56,117 bases of DNA, from assembly GCF_001194135.2 (NCBI RefSeq), contig NC_068988.1, positions 42,596,974-42,653,090 of the forward strand. The letters are read 5' to 3'. The translations under genes were made by a program, and so were the position numbers. This document shows positions 48,187-56,117 of the stretch, one piece after another (position 1 is the stretch's first letter; the number at the start of each line of letters is the position of its first letter). Under the pieces are notes generated by a model. The model saw nothing but the letters and a program-made list of their open reading frames with translations. It did not search any database and had not been told where the DNA came from. The DNA is from Octopus bimaculoides. Lineage: Eukaryota.

Positions 48187-48395
48187 TCAAATTTTGGCAC
48201 AATGCCAGAAATTTCGGGCAGGGGGTAAGTCGATTGCATCGACCCCAGTGCTTGGCTGGTACTAATTTTATTGACTCCGAAAGGATGAAAGGCAAAGTTG
48301 ACCTCGATGGAATTTGAACTCAGAACGTAAAGACAGAAGAAATGCTGCTAAGCATTTCGCCAGGCGTGCTACCGTTTCTGCCAGCTCGTCGCCTT
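48187..48395 (-). mobile_element. tRNA-SINE family B, CpG-rich copy
   Basis: Reverse complement reads GGCGACGAGCTGGCAGAAACGGTAGCACGCC...TTCTGAGTTCAAATTCC...GGTCAACTTTGCCTTTCATCCTTTCGG. Confidence 0.88.
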
Positions 48396-51237
48396 AAGGA
48401 GAAGAGAAATATGAGTAGGAAGTTGTTAACACAACTGTTTGGTATGTTGTTCAAGAATGTGGTTGTCAACGCGACGGTCTCCAACACTGAAGTATAGCAT
48501 CAAAAGTTCATCATTTTATAAGCCTCGTTAGAAGGCTGTCTAGAAAATTCTAGAAGGTCGAATCATGTAATGACTTGCTGTTGACTGGTCAGTTAGTCGG
48601 CCGATCACGTTTAACGATTGTGACTAAACCGTGACTTTTACTTGGCTATTCCAGCAATTCGGTTTCGAATCTGCTACTCTACTTTCTACAATACCATTCC
48701 TCACCCATGTTTTCCTGAGAAGACTGGGTGTCAACCAAACCAATATTATAAGTTGGAAGAATTTTGCAAAAGTAATTGGCTAAATGATTTGAAGAAAACA
48801 TGTGCCAAAAGAAACAAATAAAACATACTCTCCAAAGGAGGCCAGGAAAATGTATACATGTCCTTTTTAAAAACACTTGAAAAGGCAGAACTAAGAAGCT
48901 GACTGAGAAGAGGAACTAGTAGCAGGATGTTGTGCTGGAGAAGATCTGGCGTCGATGACGATAATACAGCTGATGATGATGATGACCGACGACGATGACG
49001 ATAAACACAACAATACCTTGGAACGAGTCTACACTTAACGTTTTTGTAAACAATCCTGATGATGACATCAGTGGGATGCAGTACCACACACTTCGGAGAC
49101 AATTGCTGTAAGACTGTGAGTATAACAGGTTTTTAGAATCCCTGAGCGTTGAACTCACTTTTGAATCAGCTACTTTCCCACAGAATTCTTAGGAACTGAA
49201 CTAATTTTAGAGACCATTGATCTTCAGGAGTTGAAAATTATTTCTTGACACACCTATCGTTTCGGTGTTTATTCATCTCATCAATAGTTGTTGAACAAAA
49301 TAGAGTTACTCGATTAACCAACAATATATAGCAACTGTTGTCATCACACATGGTTTGTATAGAATTGACCGAAAACAGTCAAAGAATCGAAACGGTTACT
49401 TTATGCACCGTTTCTGTTTATCCAATTACTCAATTTAAATTACAAAGGCTTAGGTCGCCCCCAGGCTATGGCAAAAAAAAAAATACTTAAGATGCTACGC
49501 AGTAGGATTGAAATTAGATTTCATAGTTGCGAAGGCAACTTTTAAATCAATTGGCCATGCCTGCATGGAAAAAGCTATCCAAATACAATTTGGCGTTCGT
49601 TGATAAATGGCGTGTTTTCATAGTTGAAACAGCTGTAAGCTAATGAATGCAATTACGTCACTGTTGTTATTTTGTCATTTATGAATTAACATTTTGTTGT
49701 ATGCTTATGAGGTGAGTGTCCAGATGAGTGAATTCACACTGCCTCACAGCCGTGTCTTATAGGTACCAGACATTCTAAATGCACAGTTATAATAGCCGGT
49801 GATATATGTATGTGATGTGTGTGTGGGGGGGCGTGTGTATTTGACTGTGTATGTGTGTGCGTGTGGATATATGAGTGTGTGGAGTTAGTTAGATAAATAG
49901 ATAGATAGATAGATAGATATACTGCAAATGAAATATGAACAAAAATAGAGCTGTCAATACAATTGCAGAGTAAAATATACATGTAGGTATAGGTATTATT
50001 AACGTACGAACTAACAATCATTGATTTCAATGGTCTATACGTTAAAGTTAAAAACCGAATCAATGATTTGATGATATAAGAGCGCAATGACTTTCCACGA
50101 AGGAACAACATAAAAATTCGTGGGAAGTTACTAATCTTATATCGTCCAATTATTGATTTTTTTTCTTTTAAATTCTTTCATGAAACTATTAGTAACGATG
50201 TGTTAGTACGTACATACATCATACATACATGTATGCAGACACACCAACTATTATATATGTCTGCATTTATGTGCAGAAATATGTATGTATGTGACGACAC
50301 CTCTTAATGAGACCCCCAGTAAGAATGGAAAAAACCAATGGAAAATCGATGAAGGCTGTTCATTTTCTTTTTGTTTTTCAATATACAGAGAAGTGGTTGA
50401 ATTTACCATGTTTGTATGTCTGCTGCGTAGGTTTACATTCAAGTGGAGTGCTGGAAAGTTCCTGGTTTGAGGTAAAAGAAAATACAGGAGGATCTGTGAA
50501 TTTTGATTTTATTCAACATATTCCCATCTTGACTTCAGACATTGTAGCGTTCCTTCAGTTTTTCTAAGTCCTGTAAAAGAACTCTGGAGGTTTGGCCTCC
50601 AACCAGGCCTTTTGTGATTCTTTTAAAGTCAGGAACTTTTCAACACCCTCTCGTATATTATAACATACCTTGAAATTGTGTGGACCGAAATCCCCGTTGA
50701 AAGGCCACTGATATTGAATAAAGTGTTAAAAACTTATGGCATTCTTAGTAACCGCAGTTCTCTGAAGTTATTAGGTTTTGGTATATCTAAACATATTGGC
50801 TATTTGCTTCTATGTGATTGATCAAGTGAAGCAGACACCGATGATGAGATCCTCAATGAGGGTCAAAAACTGATTAAAGCTGTTCATAATTTTTTTCAAT
50901 GTACGGAGAAGGGTTAAAGTTGCCATATTTGTATGTCTGATACTTAGATTATATACAGAAAGGAATGATTAAAGGAACGGTGCTCCTGATCCAAATACGA
51001 ATAGAGAGGTCTTATCAAATTTGTGTTCTAGTAATGAGATTCTATTATAACTCCTTCTAGCACAAAGACAGCTATAAATATACATGGTATATCTATTTTA
51101 TTTTCAAATTAAAACATAGGGTAAAAGATCATATATTAATTAATATCGATTTATTACCAGGAAGCTAATACATTTAAAGAATCAAAGAGATTCAGAAACA
51201 ATATCTGCGATCTCAGGGGATTAAAGTATATTTTTAT

Positions 51238-51331
51238 ATATAACGTTGACCACTAAAGTGGACATTTAATGTGCTAAGATGTGGTCTACTTCTAGCACAT
51301 TAAATGTCCACTTTAGTGGTCAACGTTATAT
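51238..51331. repeat. Perfect palindrome: 39-bp arms, 16-nt loop
   Basis: ATATAACGTTGACCACTAAAGTGGACATTTAATGTGCTA (51238-51276) and its exact reverse complement (51293-51331). Confidence 0.95.
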
Positions 51332-51334
51332 TTT

Positions 51335-51710
51335 ATTTTCATATATAACATATAAACATGGGCATAACTACAGGGTTTTACCCACCAGACTTTGGGAAGT
51401 CATAACTTTCAGAAAAATGAAAGTCTGGGGGGTAAAACCCTGTAGTTATGCCTAAACATGTACATCTTTCTTGGTTGTTTTTGTTGTTTTTTTTCTCCTT
51501 CTTTCGGATCGAAAAGATTCTCTCTTTCTTCCCCACAAATGATTTCAATATAGTTTTAGCAGAAAGATTTGGAAGAATTAGAAGAAAGTTCTCGGGTAAT
51601 TTTCTTTCATGTAAATAAATGTTTATGTTAATTTAAGAATTTGTCAGCAAAATCTTATAAAATAACAATGTTCTAAAAGATGTACATGTTTATATGTTAT
51701 ATATGAAAAT
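51335..51710. mobile_element. Host MITE with about 35-bp TIRs (left TIR interrupted by the 92-bp element)
   Basis: ATTTTCATATATAACATATAAACATGTACATCTTT is intact as the reverse complement at 51676-51710 and split at 51335-51360 / 51461-51469. Confidence 0.8.
51361..51452. mobile_element. 92-bp mini-transposon, 33-bp TIRs, 8-bp TSD TAAACATG
   Basis: GGCATAACTACAGGGTTTTACCC(A/C)CCAGACTTT TIRs; TAAACATG at 51353-51360 and 51453-51460. Confidence 0.9.
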
Positions 51711-51747
51711 ATACCTGTACACCTTTGTTAAGCTATACACAAACAAA

Positions 51748-52400
51748 CTAGTGGCGACGAGAATATATTTATGAAAGGTTTATTACTTAACGTACATCAG
51801 GGCTTAAGTCGCCAGTTATTTCTGTTTAGTTAATTCAGATTCATTTAATGCACACTACTAACATTATTATGTTTTCCTTCTCAATCCGGAAGTCCACTTC
51901 GCTGCCGACCAACTTTCTAGCTAGCCCGCCGCGAAGTTCCTGTCTACAGTTCGTCTGTCATGAATCCTGCCCTACATAGCTCCCTACCACCCCAGAACTG
52001 GTGACTGTCATTGGAACCGGGAAGGTGTTTTAATCGTCTGCCCATGCGTGTGGTTACTCGGTTCTTTGGTGACTGTTCCTTGTCAAGGGTTGGTGTGATC
52101 TGTCTAGGACTCCCCTGTTTGGTGGTTGGGCTACCTGAACGGGGCTGTCAATATCGAGATGGAGCGGTTTCAACCTATCGATGGTGACTCTGTCTTGTCC
52201 GCCAATTAGGAGTTCGAATGATTTATCTCCCGGTTGTATGACTTGATATGGACCATCGTAGGGTAACTGGAGGGGTTTTCGTCGTGTGTCATGTCGAACG
52301 AACACAAAGTTAGCCGTGCGTAGGTTGTTTGGTACGGTTGATCTGGGTGTACCGTATGTCGACATGTGAACAGGGCACAAGCTTGAACTCATGCAAGAAA
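51748..52400 (-). mobile_element. Gypsy 3' fragment (integrase C-terminus, PPT, 3' LTR)
   Basis: FVFVRHDTRRKPLQLPYDGPYQVI...VTIDRLKP (52054-52392). PPT GGGGTGGTAGGGAG precedes an LTR starting TGTAGGGC at 51976, containing AATAAA and ending ...CTCGTCGCCACTAG near 51748. Confidence 0.85.
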
Positions 52401-52769
52401 AGTAAGCGAAGGTTCTTTTTTGTCATGTTCATAATTAAGGGCGCCTATGCTTCAAGAATGTTTTCTGTCTGAAATAAGTAGAAAATTATTAAAGAGAATA
52501 CGTCAGTTACTAAGTATGTCGAAATTCACCTAAAATATAATTAAAATACTATGATAAAATTGCATTTCAAAACACAACACTTAGAGCGACTATTATTTTC
52601 GGAACAACCTAATAATACATTTTGTTCTTCACACCGATGCATCGATGCACATTGATTTTTATGCTTAATGAGCAATTACTGAATTTATGTTACAAATTGG
52701 TGACCTTTCCGACTAAAGAATAGCAGCAGCTACCCTCAGCTACAAGAATTTATGCGATGAATATTATAG

Positions 52770-53590
52770 TTAAAAGAGGTTAAAGATGCCATCCAAGCAA
52801 AGAAGAAAGCTTACAAAACTTGGCTTGGAAATAAGTCCCCCTTCTTGCACTTGCGGCACAAGCAGGCGCGAAAAGCCTCAGCAGAGACATTAAAGACGTC
52901 TAAAATTTAGCCATGGGATGACTTCGGGGTTAAGTTCGAATTCGACTTTAGATCAGCAAATAAAGTATTCTGGCAGACCATATGCCGACTTCGTGATAAG
53001 AAGTCCCCTCCACACCTGCTATCAGGAACTCGTCTGGAGTCCTTCTCTCTGAAGAGAGGTGTATCCTCACGAGGTGGAGAGTATACTTTGCTGATCTCCT
53101 AAACCTGGTCACAATATCTTCTGACCTGCATGAAATGCATCTAGGAGTGATGACTAACCTCTCGAAGACTGAGGTCACAAAAACAATCGAAGAGCTCAAA
53201 TGTGGCAAGGCTCTCTGGAGAGGATGAACTATCATTCAAATTTTCAAAAACGGTGACAAAAGAGATTTTCTAATTATAGAGGAATTAAGCTATTCCTTGC
53301 TAAGCGTCCTGGATAAAGTCTATGCTGGATGTTTGTCAAAGAGATGCAGGGATATTGTGGAATCCAAGCTAGCTGGCGTATAGTGTGGTTTTGGCCCTGG
53401 ACGCACCACAACCGACCAAAATATTCAGACTGCGACAAGTCTTCGAGAAATCGCAGGAGTATGACCTAGAGATGTACGCTTGTTTCGTATACCCTGAAAA
53501 GGCATAGCAACCGCGTTTTACGGACTTGTTGTGGAGTTTCTGCATGGATATGGGATCGATGGATAGCTTCTTGCTGTTTTGAAGTCTTGT
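52770..53590 (+). mobile_element. RTE (Expander/Rex3-like) LINE fragment, linker plus start of RT
   Basis: AVKEVKDAIQAKKKAYKTWL...WDDFG...SANKVFWQTI and, frameshifted, YRGI...PGKVYAGCLSKRCRDIVESKL...CGFGPGRTTTDQ. Confidence 0.85.
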
Positions 53591-54300
53591 ATGTTGTGCG
53601 TGTGTGTTTTGTGTGGTGTGTATGTGTGTGTTATTGTACGTGTGTGTATGTGTGTGTGCGTGGAGTTGTGTATGGAGCTGTGTGTGTGAAGGTATATGTG
53701 CGTTCCTGTGTGCGCGCGTGCGTGTGTGTATGCCCGTGTCTGTGTAATTGTGTGCGTGTATGTACGAGTGTGTGGTCTGTGTGGAAGGTATATATGCGTG
53801 TGCGTGTATGTACGTGTGTGTAGTTGTGTGTGCATATGTGTGCGTGTGCGTGGGGTTGTGTGTGTGTGTTAGGTATGTGTATGTACATTCCTGTGCGTGT
53901 ATGTTTGTGCGTGTGTGTATGTGCTTATGTATGTGTGCGTGTGTACGAGCATGTGTGTGTGTGTGTGCATGTGTATGTGGGAAGTATATGTGAGGTATAT
54001 ATGCATTCAGGTGTGTATGCGTGCGTGTATGTGCGCATGTGTGTATATGTATGCGTGTGTTTATGTGTGTGTGTGGGGGGTTGTGTGTGTGGAGGTATGC
54101 ATGCGTTCCTGTGTGCGTGCGTGCGTTTGTGTGTGCGCGTACGTTTGTGTATGTGTATGCGCGCATGTGCCTGTGTGTATACGTGTGTATGTGTGTGTGT
54201 GCGTGCGTCCATGTATGTGTGTGCGTGTGGTGCGTGTGGGAGGTATATGTGCGTTCATATGTGTGTATGTATGTGTGTTTGTATGTGTGCGTGTATACAG
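53590..54300. repeat. Compound (GT)-rich minisatellite
   Basis: Direct reading; explains all Cys/Val and His/Thr ORFs here. Confidence 0.9.
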
Positions 54301-56117
54301 AAATAAAATTTAAAAATAGGGAAAAAATAAAAAAGTACAAGATGAAAAATAAAATTAATGAATAAAGAAATATGTAAAAAAATAACAGATACAAGATAAA
54401 AAATAAAAATGGAAGGGATAAGACAGAAATTAATACAATTATGAAAAATATATTTATTAAAAAATTCGACGGAAAAAATGATAAAAAATCTAAAAAAAAG
54501 CGAATAAAAGTGTAAAAGGTGAGTGAATATAAGATAGGATAAAATAAGATAAAAAGTTGTTGTGTAAAGAGGGTGTAGAGACAGTTATTAAGAGGAGGGG
54601 GTTGCGTTGAGTCCGAAAGGAGTTTGTGTTTGTAGACTGAAAATGTAACGTTGTTCCAGACGAAGCTGGGAGTGTGTGGATACGTGATATATATATANNN
54701 NNNNNNNNNNNNNNNNNNNNNNNNNNNNNNNNNNNNNNNNNNNNNNNNNNNNNNNNNNNNNNNNNNNNNNNNNNNNNNNNNNNNNNNNNNNNNNNNNNNN
54801 NNNNNNNNNNNNNNNNNNNNNNNNNNNNNNNNNNNNNNNNNNNNNNNNNNNNNNNNNNNNNNNNNNNNNNNNNNNNNNNNNNNNNNNNNNNNNNNNNNNN
54901 NNNNNNNNNNNNNNNNNNNNNNNNNNNNNNNNNNNNNNNNNNNNNNNNNNNNNNNNNNNNNNNNNNNNNNNNNNNNNNNNNNNNNNNNNNNNNNNNNNNN
55001 NNNNNNNNNNNNNNNNNNNNNNNNNNNNNNNNNNNNNNNNNNNNNNNNNNNNNNNNNNNNNNNNNNNNNNNNNNNNNNNNNNNNNNNNNNNNNNNNNNNN
55101 NNNNNNNNNNNNNNNNNNNNNNNNNNNNNNNNNNNNNNNNNNNNNNNNNNNNNNNNNNNNNNNNNNNNNNNNNNNNNNNNNNNNNNNNNNNNNNNNNNNN
55201 NNNNNNNNNNNNNNNNNNNNNNNNNNNNNNNNNNNNNNNNNNNNNNNNNNNNNNNNNNNNNNNNNNNNNNNNNNNNNNNNNNNNNNNNNNNNNNNNNNNN
55301 NNNNNNNNNNNNNNNNNNNNNNNNNNNNNNNNNNNNNNNNNNNNNNNNNNNNNNNNNNNNNNNNNNNNNNNNNNNNNNNNNNNNNNNNNNNNNNNNNNNN
55401 NNNNNNNNNNNNNNNNNNNNNNNNNNNNNNNNNNNNNNNNNNNNNNNNNTAATTACAGAAATGTTATTCCAGTCCTTATAACCAGTTTGAAGATAATGCT
55501 TTTTAATAGTCCTAGCGTCCTTATCGTACTCCTACTATGCTATTTTAACAGTGCTAGTATTCAACGCAGTATTTATTCTGCAGCATATAACCTTACACAG
55601 TTAAAATATATAGTAAGTGATGTCAAATGAATTTATGTCTTGCTACATACACTCTTCAGTAAATATTTTAAATTACTTAACATCCACAACAGCAACATAT
55701 TCCTTTCTCCATATTTTTTTTAGCGTTCGTTTAAAAATTGTAAAATAATAAATTATTTTTGTATGAAAAATTGAATTATGCATTCTGAATTTTCTTAAAG
55801 CTTGACTTTCTTCACCGTGACATTCAGTCTTGAATTTTATAACATTTAGTTCATGTTCCAAATAAATTTTGACTTTCTGTACTTTGTTACACTGAGGACG
55901 CATAGTAATTTTGGAAGATTCATTTTATTTTTTCGTTTGAGTAGCAAAAAGGTTTTGGATCTATTTCAAAACGGGGGCACCAGTATTTTCTTAACGAAAC
56001 ACTTTGAAACTTGGGACACTGGTAGAATGTGTCATATAAAACATCTTTTACTCTTAGTCTTCTTAACAAAAAAACGTACATCGCAAGTTATTCCATGTTA
56101 AAGTTGTCGTATTTCTG

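Noticed and set aside
48870-49130. Asp-rich plus-strand segment as an exon of a divergent gene
   Set aside because: Multiple stops; the (GAT)n run looks like a LINE 3' tail.
49254-49287. Minus-strand TTGATGA...CACCGAAAC hammerhead-like motif
   Set aside because: Core C is mutated, stem II is mismatched and there is no valid cleavage triplet; at most a relic.
359-56101. Most ORFs in the track (YIYI, CVCV, HTHT, KERK, FLSF types and ORFs spanning N runs)
   Set aside because: Translations of microsatellites or assembly gaps with no protein-family motifs.

Overview
AT-rich, microsatellite-dense animal genomic DNA with about 14 N-gaps. The SINE, RTE and Penelope families resemble those I recall from Octopus genomes; this is an inference, not a database match. 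One host gene is supported: DOHH (deoxyhypusine hydroxylase) on the minus strand. Three coding exons have clean GT-AG junctions and matching phases: 45382(or 45433)-45088, 28518-28442 and 23059-22813, about 206 aa. The C-terminal exon carrying the last two His-Glu motifs is not in the readable sequence. The rest is transposon-derived: a young Gypsy LTR element nested in a Charlie/SPIN-like hAT, a second hAT relic, two Penelope (RT/GIY-YIG) relics, RTE LINE fragments, several tRNA-SINE families, and many MITE/fold-back elements. Best leads: (1) a tRNA-like Pol III promoter plus minimal hammerhead ribozyme module in a Penelope terminal repeat; (2) a strong splice acceptor in DOHH intron 1 that joins an RTE endonuclease fragment in frame to exon 1; (3) a 92-bp mini-transposon with an 8-bp TSD whose empty site is preserved in the opposite arm of its host element; (4) a perfect 39-bp-arm palindrome. 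None is shown to be a new biological system; all need testing. Repeat boundaries were read by eye and are approximate.
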